Translations under genes and position numbers: made by a program | DNA from: an uncultured virus (IMG/VR IMGVR_UViG_3300042505_000848) | Lineage: Duplodnaviria > Heunggongvirae > Uroviricota > Caudoviricetes | Length of the DNA: 64,000 nucleotides | Strand: one strand, 5' to 3' | Virus record (IMG/VR): IMGVR_UViG_3300042505_000848 | Notes under the pieces: model-generated | The model's input: only the letters and a program-made list of their open reading frames with translations | Database searches by the model: none | Told to the model about the DNA's origin: nothing | Shown here: piece by piece, positions 38,128 through 48,287 of the stretch | How the letters are laid out: every line of letters begins with the position of its first letter | How positions within the stretch are numbered: the first letter of the stretch is position 1

Positions 38128-38818
38128 TTGGATTCCTTTTTACAAATATAATGATCAAGGTGTGCCTGGATGCATGTCTCAGCAAACCTATGAACCGTTA
38201 ATAAATCCGGAAGGAACTGTATACTGTGCCAACTACGATCATAATAATCTGTATCAACGTAAATGGCAACCAGACCGTGTGGGTTACACTCAAGACATTG
38301 TTGAATATTTTTTTAACAAAGAAGTTGGATATGCACACAAATTTAGCAACAAGCTATGGGCGCCGGAAATTATAGATATAGATTATGTTAGCAAACGTAT
38401 TTTTTATAAATGGTATGGGCCCACTTGCAACGAATTAATATATACAGGCAGAACTTTACCATCTGATTGGAAATTACAACTTCGAAATATCATGATGGAT
38501 TGTTATAATGAAGGAGTTTACAAACTTACAATGTATCCACATTGTCATTACTATGATAACAGCGGAATTATGCACACGCTAGATATGTATGGGTGCGTTG
38601 AAGTAGATGATCCGTTTATTGAAGCAAAGTATATGGATGGGATAATTCACGAAACCGCTAAATTTAGACTAGACGAGACCGGACCTAAAAACAATAATAG
38701 ATATGATTTAGAAAAAATGTTCTTCAATAGTTTATGCACCCACGTAAAATGGGGAGAATGCGATTTAAATTTTGTCTATCAAAATATAATTGGAGATAGC
38801 GATGAAATATATAGGTAA
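38114..38818 (+). CDS. Hypothetical protein, atypical kinase-like fold (paralog of 49403-50098)
   Basis: KEV...APEIIDID...GVYKLTMYP...TLDMYG resembles kinase subdomains with a degenerate catalytic loop. Confidence 0.5.
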   Translation: MLTDNWIPFYKYNDQGVPGCMSQQTYEPLINPEGTVYCANYDHNNLYQRKWQPDRVGYTQDIVEYFFNKEVGYAHKFSNKLWAPEIIDIDYVSKRIFYKWYGPTCNELIYTGRTLPSDWKLQLRNIMMDCYNEGVYKLTMYPHCHYYDNSGIMHTLDMYGCVEVDDPFIEAKYMDGIIHETAKFRLDETGPKNNNRYDLEKMFFNSLCTHVKWGECDLNFVYQNIIGDSDEIYR

Positions 38819-39434
38819 CTGCGCAGATAAAATAGATTGGAATGAAGTAATTAAATTATGCCAAGAGAGCGTAACAGGAGATAGAAACACTGTGGTCTCT
38901 GTGGTTGAAAGATCCGAAGTTAATTTACAGAATCGAGAACCTATGCAGGCCAAGGTTTTATTGTCGGTAGCAGAACAAATAGCCAACGAACAATTGCTTC
39001 AAGAGTATAGAAAAGTGATAGGAGATTGGCGTGATGCTGGATGTGACCTGGATAAAATTTATTGGTATGATTACTATCCAGGGGATCATTATCCAGAAAG
39101 TATATCAGATACATTTGCTGCCATACTAGGAATTCGCCCATTAAGAGTTTTTGTAAGTGAAGTATATCCGGGTATTACAGTTCCCTATCACTGGGATGTA
39201 GAAGATAAGGGACCAGAATGGTTAAAAAAATACGGAATGCTTTATAGATATACCTGCTGTATAGATGTGCCGAGGGTCGGAAGTGTATTAATCGTTGACG
39301 ATCATTGTTTATATGATTTTAAGCAAGGAGACATTTTTGAATGGGATAGTTATAGAAACTATCATTCAGCTGCCAACGGCGGCGAACACATACAGTATTA
39401 TTTTCACATGTTAGGATATAAAATAAAATGTTAG
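38802..39434 (+). CDS. Fe(II)/2OG oxygenase (AspH-like cupin)
   Basis: PG...PYHWD...YHSAANGG facial triad; start set at ATG 38802. Confidence 0.75.
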   Translation: MKYIGNCADKIDWNEVIKLCQESVTGDRNTVVSVVERSEVNLQNREPMQAKVLLSVAEQIANEQLLQEYRKVIGDWRDAGCDLDKIYWYDYYPGDHYPESISDTFAAILGIRPLRVFVSEVYPGITVPYHWDVEDKGPEWLKKYGMLYRYTCCIDVPRVGSVLIVDDHCLYDFKQGDIFEWDSYRNYHSAANGGEHIQYYFHMLGYKIKC

Positions 39435-39973
39435 AAAGAGTTGGTAACTGTTCAAAAATTATAGATTGGAACGAAGTTATAAAAGAGATTGCTGAACAAC
39501 GACCGGCCTATATCGGACCTAGCCACAAGGAAGATGATCCAATTCCGGGCCTTAAAGAAGTAACAGATTTGTGGAAGCGTTCGGGATTCAAAACTGTTGC
39601 TGATGGTGGAACAGTGGAATGGGACATGTTTTTGCCTCATACAAATTTTAATATTTCTATCGCTGAAAAATTTTGTGAGTTTGTTGGATTGAAAACGTAT
39701 ACAAGCTGCTGGATTAGTAGAATAAATCCTGCACGTTGCTCACCTTGGCATTGGGATGTCCATGACGATGAAGTAAATTTATCTCAAAGAACAGACATAG
39801 TTCGATATCATTGTCATATAGGACAACCGACACACGGTCATGTTTTAATAGTAGATAATTTTTGTTTATATAAACAGCCTCAGGGAGAAATATATAAATG
39901 GCCATCTAGAACAACTTGGCATTGCGGATTAAACAGTGGGCTAACTCCGAAGTATCTTTTTAATATATGGTGA
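39428..39973 (+). CDS. Fe(II)/2OG oxygenase (AspH-like cupin), paralog of the preceding gene
   Basis: GNC..IDWNEVI shared N-terminus; PWHWD...WHCGLNSG. Confidence 0.75.
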   Translation: MLERVGNCSKIIDWNEVIKEIAEQRPAYIGPSHKEDDPIPGLKEVTDLWKRSGFKTVADGGTVEWDMFLPHTNFNISIAEKFCEFVGLKTYTSCWISRINPARCSPWHWDVHDDEVNLSQRTDIVRYHCHIGQPTHGHVLIVDNFCLYKQPQGEIYKWPSRTTWHCGLNSGLTPKYLFNIW

Positions 39974-39977
39974 TGAT

Positions 39978-40178
39978 ATGATCAATGAAAAATACAGTAA
40001 TGAAGATGTTCCTATTCAAGATACATTTTATATGCAAAAGTTTATGGAGATTCAACGTCAAAATGTTGTATTATCAAATAAACTACGAGACTTATATGAA
40101 ATTCTTGAGATCCGTGATGTTGTAGAAATGCATTTTGGGGATAAGTTTTTTAATATCTTAAATGATACACCTGCATGA
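39978..40178 (+). CDS. Small hypothetical protein (66 aa)
   Basis: Fills the gap within the operon; ATGA overlap with the next gene. Confidence 0.6.
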   Translation: MINEKYSNEDVPIQDTFYMQKFMEIQRQNVVLSNKLRDLYEILEIRDVVEMHFGDKFFNILNDTPA

Positions 40179-41575
40179 ATAAAATTAAACACTGGCAAGA
40201 GAAAATTGAATCAGTATCAGGAAGCAAAACTTTTTGCATATTGCCCTGGATACATTTTGCCACACGTCCCAACGGCGACATGCGACTATGTTGTAATGCT
40301 AACAGTAGTGGAGCAGGAACGGATCACGAAATTGGTCTAGTAAAAAACGAAACAGGTCGTCCTGCTAATTTTGGACGGGAAACTCCTATGAGCGCATGGA
40401 ACAACAAATACATGCGAGATGTACGTTTAACTATGCTAGAAGGAAAGATTCCTTCTAGCTGTAGTAAATGTATTGCTGAAGAGTCTAAAGGTGTTGCTAG
40501 CAAACGTATTTGGGAAACAGGTACTTGGATAGAAGAAGGTCTTGATGTTGAAGAGCTTGTTAAACAAACAGAAGAAAATGGAACAATTCCTGAACGTCTT
40601 GTTTATCTAGATTTAAGATTAGGACATACTTGTAATCTTAAGTGTGTTATGTGTAGTCCTCATGATAGTAGCATGTGGGTTTCTGATCATAAAAAGATAT
40701 ATCCTCTATTTCAGACTAAAGAACTTAAAGATCAAATGGCATGGGATCAATCAGAGTTTAACAATAAATGGCACGAAAATCCAGACTTCTGGAAAGAAAT
40801 GTATACTCAGATTCCTAATCTAAAACAAGTATACTTTGCAGGCGGCGAACCTTTGCTTATTAAGGAGCATAAACTGTTCCTTGAAGAAATTGTTAGACAA
40901 GGATACGCGGACAAGATCCTTGTACGATACAACACAAATGGATTATTAGTAAATGACGAAATTATTGAACTCTGGAAAAAATTCAAAAAAGTTAAAGTAG
41001 GGTTTAGCATCGATGCTGTCGGCGACCGTAATTACTATATACGCTATCCTAGTGATTGGGTTACTATCGAACGTAATCTTCACAAGTTAGATAACACTCC
41101 TGGCAACATACAAGTTAGCATTGCCACTGCTATACAAATACTAAACATCAAACACTTGCCTGAACTTGCCAAGTGGAAGATACAACAGAATTTTAAGAAA
41201 GTAAACTTTGAAAATATAACTGGTGGAATTGAAGCCGGCGGCGGAATTGTTAACATGCACTTGTTGTATATACCCACGTTCTTAAGTATTAGATGTTTGC
41301 CTGAATATGATAAAGAACAAGTGCGTAAGAGCTTTGCTGATCTTGCTACATGGTTGTATACTAACTACAGACAAGATGAAGACTTTTGGAAAAACAATCC
41401 TTACGGATGGAAACGCTGGCAGGCAGTATTAGACTTTATGGATGCCGAAGATCACACTGCTCAGTTACCTGCATTTGTTGAATATATTGAAAAGATAGAA
41501 GCTATACGTGATACAGATTTTGTTAAGACTTTTCCTGAGCTAGCACATTTGCTACAGTCCCCAATCTTATCTTAG
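40175..41575 (+). CDS. Radical SAM protein with an N-terminal twitch/SPASM-like domain
   Basis: FCILPW...RLCC...CSKC, then CNLKCVMC, FAGGEPL, YNTNG, SID. Confidence 0.93.
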   Translation: MNKIKHWQEKIESVSGSKTFCILPWIHFATRPNGDMRLCCNANSSGAGTDHEIGLVKNETGRPANFGRETPMSAWNNKYMRDVRLTMLEGKIPSSCSKCIAEESKGVASKRIWETGTWIEEGLDVEELVKQTEENGTIPERLVYLDLRLGHTCNLKCVMCSPHDSSMWVSDHKKIYPLFQTKELKDQMAWDQSEFNNKWHENPDFWKEMYTQIPNLKQVYFAGGEPLLIKEHKLFLEEIVRQGYADKILVRYNTNGLLVNDEIIELWKKFKKVKVGFSIDAVGDRNYYIRYPSDWVTIERNLHKLDNTPGNIQVSIATAIQILNIKHLPELAKWKIQQNFKKVNFENITGGIEAGGGIVNMHLLYIPTFLSIRCLPEYDKEQVRKSFADLATWLYTNYRQDEDFWKNNPYGWKRWQAVLDFMDAEDHTAQLPAFVEYIEKIEAIRDTDFVKTFPELAHLLQSPILS

Positions 41576-42617
41576 GATTTTTAAAAATAGGATCAGCAAG
41601 CATTTTCTGAAACTCTGCGTATTCAGGATGAGTTGTCTTCCAAATGGTGCGCTGTTCATACGTGGTCTTATCCCAAGTATTCCAATCAATAACCAATTGA
41701 AAATCTACACTATAGAAATTTGGAAATCTGTCCAGGACTAATTGTGCGTAATCTTTCATTTCTTTGTAGTTTAGATCTTGAACCACATATTGTGTTAGGA
41801 CATAGATATTAGGATTATTAGATATCTCATTGTTTATATAATCACAATTGTCTAACAATGTTGGCCAGTGTCCTCCACGGCGAACAACATCATATGTTTC
41901 TTCACGAGCTGCATCAAAGCTGATGCGTATAGCTCTAATTTTACTGTGCCATTTAGATATTCTGCGCCAATACGCAGGTGTAAGCATTACGCCGTTTGTC
42001 TGTAAGTCTAATATTAAATTGGGCCAAGGTGTTGGATCAAAGTTAACTAAAAAGTCTCGGAATATCTTAGAACCAAACGGATCACCACTGCCAGTGATAT
42101 CTAGTGTAATATGTTTGTCATGCGGTTTGTCAAATACAGCATTAATAATTTTGTAGTGTAATTCTAGTTTACGTTCGTAATCAACACCTTCGTAATCGTA
42201 TATCTTTTCAGTGCGACAACTAGGACAAGTTAAATTACAACTAGCATCGTTCTCAAACATAATATGTGTTGGAAATTCTGCTGGCTTAGGTGTATCTTCT
42301 ATGTTGGGTAATCGATTGTCAGATATGTCGCCGCACACTGTATGATTACAATACCTAAAACTTCCATCTAGTATAGACTCACGAATTATAGTTGCTACTT
42401 CCCCGTGCCATATTTCTTCAAACGATTGTTCATTTAAATTACCAATACTATAAGGCAACCAGCTTGTGCAGCACATCCAACAACTACCATCGTCCCTAAT
42501 AGACAACGTTTCAAAAGGTTTATTACAAAATTTGCCTTGTAAATTTTTTTGTTTAACTTTAAGATTAGCTAAATCATGCCCGCTATCTATTTTAAGCATT
42601 ATAGTTTTATTTTTCAT
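41523..42617 (-). CDS. Radical SAM protein with an N-terminal SPASM-like domain
   Basis: FCNKPF...WMCC...YCNHTVC, then CNLTCPSC, TGSGDPF, QTNG. Confidence 0.92.
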   Translation of the reverse strand: MKNKTIMLKIDSGHDLANLKVKQKNLQGKFCNKPFETLSIRDDGSCWMCCTSWLPYSIGNLNEQSFEEIWHGEVATIIRESILDGSFRYCNHTVCGDISDNRLPNIEDTPKPAEFPTHIMFENDASCNLTCPSCRTEKIYDYEGVDYERKLELHYKIINAVFDKPHDKHITLDITGSGDPFGSKIFRDFLVNFDPTPWPNLILDLQTNGVMLTPAYWRRISKWHSKIRAIRISFDAAREETYDVVRRGGHWPTLLDNCDYINNEISNNPNIYVLTQYVVQDLNYKEMKDYAQLVLDRFPNFYSVDFQLVIDWNTWDKTTYEQRTIWKTTHPEYAEFQKMLADPIFKNPKIRLGTVANVLAQEKS

Positions 42618-43713
42618 ATATAGGAATTATAGTTGTTGCTTTCCACAGGTCTTCAAAGTCTGTGAACTCTTTGGCTTTAGGCACACACATACCACATCCG
42701 CATCTTTGGTTAGGGCAAATAATTGGCGTTACCGGTTTAGATAACATATCTTTAACTTGCGAGATAATAGTTTCAGTATCTCGCAAATTTCCAATAGGAC
42801 CCCGGCCTGTGTGTGTTGCCTGACATGTTTGATGATGGAACACATTGCCTGTATGCTGCTCAACATGCATAAAAAACCAGTTAACTGTGCAATACCAGTC
42901 TTTAAACCAGTTGTTCACTAATTTGATATCTTGCCATTCATCTTCAACTTTACCCTGTGTGCATCTGCTACCACAACATGCACGACCTACGTTTGTACCC
43001 TCGGCAGATGTAGATGCACTACGAGGTTGCCCCATCCATTCAAAGAACCAGTTCTGTTGTTCTTCTGTGTATTCGTGGCTTGTTCTACGTTGATTGCCGT
43101 CGGCATCTTGAAACCATCCCTTTCGAACAATATTTCCATCTCCGATTGGCACAGGATTCAGTCGTGAAATTCCTTTAGATTTGAGTAGATTACATACTTC
43201 AACCGCCTCGTCAAAATAGTCGCAATGTAGCATTACATTTGCCTGAACACTCATCCCGGCATCATGCAGGCCTATAATATTTTTAATGCTTCTATCTTTT
43301 AATTTCTGATCAGCTTCACTATGCCAACTAACAGTAACGTGAACAAAATTATCTAAAATTCTTTTAGTAAATTGAGGCCCCCAAGAGCCGTTAGTAGTCA
43401 ACCCTAACGCAAAATTTCCTTGTGTTTTTATATATTCTATCAATGGCCAAAAATTAGGATTGGCGGTAGGTTCGCCACCGGTAAAATCTATGCTGGTTAT
43501 ATCACCATATAGTCTTTTTGAATTGTACAGATCTGCATAGCTCTTGATAAAATCAAAAGTAGTTTTTAATTCTTCAAAGCTAGGATACGGACTATAGTTG
43601 TTATGACGTGTACTTTCACAGTAAGAACAGTCGTAATTACATCTGCGTAACATTTCCCAGGTTACAATAAATGGTGTGGGATTTTTTAATTTAATTGCTG
43701 TTGTTTTTATCAT
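42607..43713 (-). CDS. Radical SAM protein with a C-terminal Cys cluster
   Basis: CNYDCSYC, FTGGEPT, TTNG; ACCGSRC, ICPNQRCGCGMC. Confidence 0.92.
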   Translation of the reverse strand: MIKTTAIKLKNPTPFIVTWEMLRRCNYDCSYCESTRHNNYSPYPSFEELKTTFDFIKSYADLYNSKRLYGDITSIDFTGGEPTANPNFWPLIEYIKTQGNFALGLTTNGSWGPQFTKRILDNFVHVTVSWHSEADQKLKDRSIKNIIGLHDAGMSVQANVMLHCDYFDEAVEVCNLLKSKGISRLNPVPIGDGNIVRKGWFQDADGNQRRTSHEYTEEQQNWFFEWMGQPRSASTSAEGTNVGRACCGSRCTQGKVEDEWQDIKLVNNWFKDWYCTVNWFFMHVEQHTGNVFHHQTCQATHTGRGPIGNLRDTETIISQVKDMLSKPVTPIICPNQRCGCGMCVPKAKEFTDFEDLWKATTIIPIYEK

Positions 43714-44603
43714 TGTTTTATCTTTGTTAACGGAATGTCTGCTGCGCAGGTGCAGTAATTCCTATCGCATATAATAGGGTTTATAGGTATTGAAAATGTA
43801 CCTGCATATATGTTACCAAGACTACCACCGACTCTACAAGTCGCTCGGTGCACATCGCCGTCCCAATTTATCATTAGGCTTTCTATGCCTGCGTTGCAAG
43901 TCCAGCCCTTGAATTTGTTTAGATGCAATTTTATTACGTCGTTGGCATGCATAATTTCTACATCGTCTATTCTACAGTTAGCCTTTGCCGTGGCATTCTG
44001 TGAGAGAATCCATTCTAAGTCGTTACCATCATACCGCATATCGTCAAACACATTATGATCGCCCTCAGTCCAGCGTATTCTACGCACAGCAAATCTAATC
44101 CCTTTTTCTCGGAACTCTTTGACTACTTTGCGAACACTGTCCATATGATCGTAGTGAGCCATTATGTTAACAAAAAAGTCTGTTTGAGTTTTGTCATAGA
44201 ACTCGTTAATTGTTCTCATCACACGCTGCCAGTCATATTCAAAATGCAGACTAAACACTAGGTGATTAAAATACATTTCGTTTTGCAAATACCAGTTAGC
44301 AGATCGAGTTCCGTTGGTTGTTAAGTTGACCCAGAATATATCCTTGCGTTTAAAGTAGTCTAGTAGATCTTCTATATCGGGATGCACACAAGGTTCGCCA
44401 CCTGTTAAACTAATACGTAACGGTTTTCCAATTTCGCATAGTTTATCAACAGTTGTTTCTAGGATGTTAATATCTGTATGCGAACTAAAATTATCATGTA
44501 TGCTTGAAGGGCAATATGTACAGTCGTAGTTGCAACGTTTGCCTAAATTCCATTCAACTTTTATTTGATCTTGATGCGGCCAAGAACTGGTTATTTTATA
44601 CAT
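43710..44603 (-). CDS. Radical SAM protein with a C-terminal twitch/SPASM domain
   Basis: CNYDCTYC, LTGGEP, TTNG; WTCNAG...ATC...CDRNYCTC. Confidence 0.92.
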   Translation of the reverse strand: MYKITSSWPHQDQIKVEWNLGKRCNYDCTYCPSSIHDNFSSHTDINILETTVDKLCEIGKPLRISLTGGEPCVHPDIEDLLDYFKRKDIFWVNLTTNGTRSANWYLQNEMYFNHLVFSLHFEYDWQRVMRTINEFYDKTQTDFFVNIMAHYDHMDSVRKVVKEFREKGIRFAVRRIRWTEGDHNVFDDMRYDGNDLEWILSQNATAKANCRIDDVEIMHANDVIKLHLNKFKGWTCNAGIESLMINWDGDVHRATCRVGGSLGNIYAGTFSIPINPIICDRNYCTCAADIPLTKIKQ

Positions 44604-45843
44604 ACTGTTTAAATTCTGGTATAACTGCTAACAAATCTTGATTGCGAGTAGAGTCTAATGCAAAATTAAAATCTAAAAAGTCTTGCCACAAATTATTTTG
44701 ATCCTTTGCTTGTAGATAGTTAATGTTATCTTGTATTTGTTGATGCGTAACTGTGCCTAACAGCGGGTTCTTTTTAACTGCGCTCCATGTATCTACTTGT
44801 GACTTAACTGCTAGAAGTTTTGTAATTGCTAGTGCTTTTAATTCTTGTGGTAACACTTGTGCTGACAGACAGTTGGGATAACTAACACGGTGGCTATAAA
44901 ATATAATGTCCATGGTGTTAATAAAATAATCAATACATTCTGCGGCTTGTAGTATGTTGCCAGCTTGTGCTGTAAATGCCCCAACTACACGACTCACGTT
45001 AGGAATTTTTTTTATTTCTTTAATGTTTGCTTCAACTTGATTAAAGTCGCTGTTACCGCGAATGTAATTGTAAACATCGTGAATGCCATCAAGGCTGACA
45101 TTAACGGCAATGCTTCTAAAATATGGCCAGTAGTCATGTATAGTCCTTCCTTTGCTAATTCCTAGCGTTGTGCCATTTGTGGCGTATTTTAATTCAATGT
45201 TAGCACCATAAGGCTTTAACATGTCTAAAATTTTATAATGTTGAGGATCCATTAGAGGCTCTCCACCTGCAAACTCTACTCGTCTAAAATGAGGTAGAAG
45301 TTTTTCAAAACTGGTCCACCAGTTGTCGCTATCGTCAAACTCTCCGATATACTTTCCGGGATTATCTACAAGCTCTGTAATAGTGTGTACTAGGAAATTA
45401 TTTTCTTTCTTATAGAACGGAGTTACTTTGTCCCAGTCTTTCCAGTTAGTGCTATCTAACGGATTACACATGCGACACTTCAAGTTACACAAGTTGTTAA
45501 GTTTAATCTCCATTGTAGGAAATTCAAACGGCATAATTTCTTGTAGCGGTGTATCGGGATATAAGTTAATACGTGCTTCTGGAATAACTCCGTTAATATG
45601 ACGTTGGCGCAAACTTTCTACACCCTGGTCTTCTAAGTCAAAGCAAGGTTTACAAACCTCAGGCCGTTCTCCGCATAAGACTTGTTTGCGAACAAGTTGC
45701 ATGGTTTCATTATTCCATATTTCTTCTAGTGTATTATTTTGTATGAACCCAACCGGCGCACTACGACAACAGACTTTGACGGCTCCGTCTTCGCGTGTTG
45801 CTAACCCTGTAAAAGGGTGCATACAAAATGTTTTACTTTGCAT
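44596..45843 (-). CDS. Radical SAM protein with an N-terminal twitch/SPASM-like domain
   Basis: FCMHPF...KVCC...CKPC, then CNLKCRMC, FAGGEPL, ATNG; start set at ATG 45843. Confidence 0.92.
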   Translation of the reverse strand: MQSKTFCMHPFTGLATREDGAVKVCCRSAPVGFIQNNTLEEIWNNETMQLVRKQVLCGERPEVCKPCFDLEDQGVESLRQRHINGVIPEARINLYPDTPLQEIMPFEFPTMEIKLNNLCNLKCRMCNPLDSTNWKDWDKVTPFYKKENNFLVHTITELVDNPGKYIGEFDDSDNWWTSFEKLLPHFRRVEFAGGEPLMDPQHYKILDMLKPYGANIELKYATNGTTLGISKGRTIHDYWPYFRSIAVNVSLDGIHDVYNYIRGNSDFNQVEANIKEIKKIPNVSRVVGAFTAQAGNILQAAECIDYFINTMDIIFYSHRVSYPNCLSAQVLPQELKALAITKLLAVKSQVDTWSAVKKNPLLGTVTHQQIQDNINYLQAKDQNNLWQDFLDFNFALDSTRNQDLLAVIPEFKQYV

Positions 45844-46441
45844 TGATAATATTGTAAAGTTTTTTGGCCGCAATGCTATGTGCTATTGGGCCGGGATGGT
45901 TATTGTCGGACGCTAAATCTTCTGTATTCAAAATGTTATCACGTAACGCATTATTGATAAATTTGGGAATACTACCAAAGTATTCGCCAATGGTGACATC
46001 AATTACTCGATCTATCAACATCTCCGGTTTCGGTGGAGCCCAAAAAGGATAATAACGGAGTCCTAAACTATTAATATATAATTCTGCATGATTAATATAG
46101 ATACCTGACCTAACATTGTTGTCGTAATTAGAATGAACCTCAGACCATTTCTTAAACAATTCGTCGTCCTGCCACGGTCCTATTTTTTTGTTCTTTTCTA
46201 CTATATTAAAAATTACATCTCTATGAGAATAGGTCCAACCCACTACAACCAAGTCATCTTTCTTAAACCTAAACGACAAGATACGGGATAGTATCTCTAG
46301 ATTACTACTACCCGGATCTCCGTTATTAATAGTTGTTCTGCCAGTTAATTTTCCTAACACTGCCGGCCATGATTGACTAGACGGATCATCTAATGCTAAT
46401 CCAAGGGTAAATGAACAACCGAATGTTATAAGTCTTGACAT
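45833..46441 (-). CDS. SGNH/GDSL hydrolase-like protein
   Basis: FGCSFT block I, NNGDPGSSN, DNNHPGPIAH (DxxH). Confidence 0.7.
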   Translation of the reverse strand: MSRLITFGCSFTLGLALDDPSSQSWPAVLGKLTGRTTINNGDPGSSNLEILSRILSFRFKKDDLVVVGWTYSHRDVIFNIVEKNKKIGPWQDDELFKKWSEVHSNYDNNVRSGIYINHAELYINSLGLRYYPFWAPPKPEMLIDRVIDVTIGEYFGSIPKFINNALRDNILNTEDLASDNNHPGPIAHSIAAKKLYNIINAK

Positions 46442-47139
46442 GATATTGCCCATTGTCTTTCTTTACACCAAAAGCATTCGTTACAAACTGGAACGTATTG
46501 ACCCGGTATATAGTTTTTATAATCAATGCCTACTATCTCGCCTTCACAACTGCGGGTAATTTCAAACAGATCCGTGAGGCCAAGCTCACTATACATTTTA
46601 ACAATTTCTGACTTGTCTGTGAAGCGGAATGGATGATAAACCATAAAGCCCATGTGTTCCATTTCTGCCAAATGCTTGTTGTCCTCTGTAGGGTCAATGT
46701 CACGTTCACTCATACCATTGAATTGTGCTAATCTTGGGTTACGGGTTACTCCGTTGTAAAACGCATCTATGTTATATTTCTTACAAATATACTCTGCGTA
46801 AGCTCTTGCTTGAATGTTGTCACCGCTCACTTGCTTACCATACTCGTCGGTTAAGTTTGGTCCTACATTGCCGTACTCTAAATCGGGCGCAATAAAGTTA
46901 ATATGCCGTTTAAATGTTGTATGATAGAAATTTTGAAATAACCATTTACACACAGTATCTGCATTGTCTTGTTGCCAAGGTTTGGTTTTCCAGCAACGTA
47001 TATGATTAATGATATGTATAGTTATATTATGTTCTTTGGCTTTTTGGCAAACCATATAGGCAAGTAATGCGCTATCGGCACCGCCACTAACGGCAATGGC
47101 AATGTTTTTCCATTTTGGATTGAAGGGTACCTTGAACAT
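46426..47139 (-). CDS. QueC-like PP-loop ATPase
   Basis: IAVSGGADSALL PP-loop; PF...DKSEI; TRSCE...CNECFWCKER Zn site. Start at ATG 47139, 5 nt behind TAAATA. Confidence 0.75.
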   Translation of the reverse strand: MFKVPFNPKWKNIAIAVSGGADSALLAYMVCQKAKEHNITIHIINHIRCWKTKPWQQDNADTVCKWLFQNFYHTTFKRHINFIAPDLEYGNVGPNLTDEYGKQVSGDNIQARAYAEYICKKYNIDAFYNGVTRNPRLAQFNGMSERDIDPTEDNKHLAEMEHMGFMVYHPFRFTDKSEIVKMYSELGLTDLFEITRSCEGEIVGIDYKNYIPGQYVPVCNECFWCKERQWAISCQDL

Positions 47140-47144
47140 GGATA

Positions 47145-47175
47145 TATTTACACGAGTTATACTAGCACATAAATA
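47145..47175. promoter_or_regulatory. Divergent TAAATA late-promoter-like pair
   Basis: TAAATA-5 nt-ATG on minus (47145-47150) and TAAATA-4 nt-ATG on plus (47170-47175). Confidence 0.65.
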
Positions 47176-47179
47176 TTTC

Positions 47180-47848
47180 ATGATTAACATAACCATGTGG
47201 CAATGCCCAAAAGGACTAATAGAACAAGCATTATCAGAGTGCCCAATTGAAGGTAGTCGCACTGCCTTGAATACTCCAACCGGTGACTTCTTCTATGACA
47301 GTTGGCAAATCAAAGATGAGTTTAAAGGTACAGCGTGGGAAGAACTACTATCTACTTTACCTTACACAATTGGAGAAGCTCGTGTTATTACACTTGATCC
47401 CAATCAAAGTTACATGTCCCACGCTGACATTGATAATCGTTGGCATTTAAACTTGTCGGGCGAGCAGTCATATTTGATAGATTTAGATAATCAAAAAATG
47501 TATAAACAACGTGTAGACAATCATTGGTGTTATATGTTTGCTAATAAAATACATACTGCTAGTAATTACGGTAGTGTACCACGTAAACAACTTGTAGTTC
47601 GCGAACCGTTAAAACGTAGCCACCACAAAAATTTAATCAACGTTGAAATTACTCCAGCATACGAACAGTTTGACTATCGTTATCAGTTTGACAATATTAT
47701 TAGCCCGTGGCTGAATCGTAAGAATCAAGAAGGCGCTCTTGACAACTTTGTTTACAAAGATACGGTTGTATCCTTTAGTATAGCAGAAGATGTCCAAGGA
47801 CAACTTGACGCAATTATTTCTAATAAGTTTAAAGTTATCTATGTTTAA
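47180..47848 (+). CDS. Fe(II)/2OG oxygenase (AspH-like cupin)
   Basis: GEARVI.L...YMSHADIDNRWH...IHTASNYG...R. Confidence 0.72.
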   Translation: MINITMWQCPKGLIEQALSECPIEGSRTALNTPTGDFFYDSWQIKDEFKGTAWEELLSTLPYTIGEARVITLDPNQSYMSHADIDNRWHLNLSGEQSYLIDLDNQKMYKQRVDNHWCYMFANKIHTASNYGSVPRKQLVVREPLKRSHHKNLINVEITPAYEQFDYRYQFDNIISPWLNRKNQEGALDNFVYKDTVVSFSIAEDVQGQLDAIISNKFKVIYV

Positions 47849-48287
47849 AGTTGGAATTACTGGAACTACTCGCGGCCTCGGCCAAGCACTACATGACCAC
47901 TTTGTCAATAAGGGCTATCATGTAACGGCCTTTAATAGAGGATCAGACATGAGTGCCGCGGTTGGATGTGATTTGTTTATCAACAATGCCTACGGCATAC
48001 AAATGGATATACTTAACCAACTTTATGCGAGTGTTGGCAAGATGATTGTCATGGGCAGTATAGTTACAGATTTTCCCGATGTAGAAATGCCAGACTACAC
48101 CGCACAAAAAACAAAATTAGAAGAACGTGTGTTAGAGCTTAACCTTCCTAACATATTGTTATTAAAGCTATCTAGCACTGCTTACAACGATTCGCAAGTT
48201 GTAATTGACGCTATTGAGTATTGGCTAGCAAACCCGTTGGTTAATATTATATCTTTTAGAGCAATAGGCGGTCCAAATCGTGGATAA
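47841..48287 (+). CDS. Short-chain dehydrogenase-like protein (short form)
   Basis: GITGTTRGLG, FINNA, MGS, YTAQK (YxxxK). Confidence 0.75.
   Translation: MFKVGITGTTRGLGQALHDHFVNKGYHVTAFNRGSDMSAAVGCDLFINNAYGIQMDILNQLYASVGKMIVMGSIVTDFPDVEMPDYTAQKTKLEERVLELNLPNILLLKLSSTAYNDSQVVIDAIEYWLANPLVNIISFRAIGGPNRG

Noticed and set aside
39978..40178. Definite RiPP precursor peptide
   Set aside because: No leader/core pattern, no Cys- or Trp-rich core, and no RRE, protease or transporter nearby. Kept only as a weak candidate.
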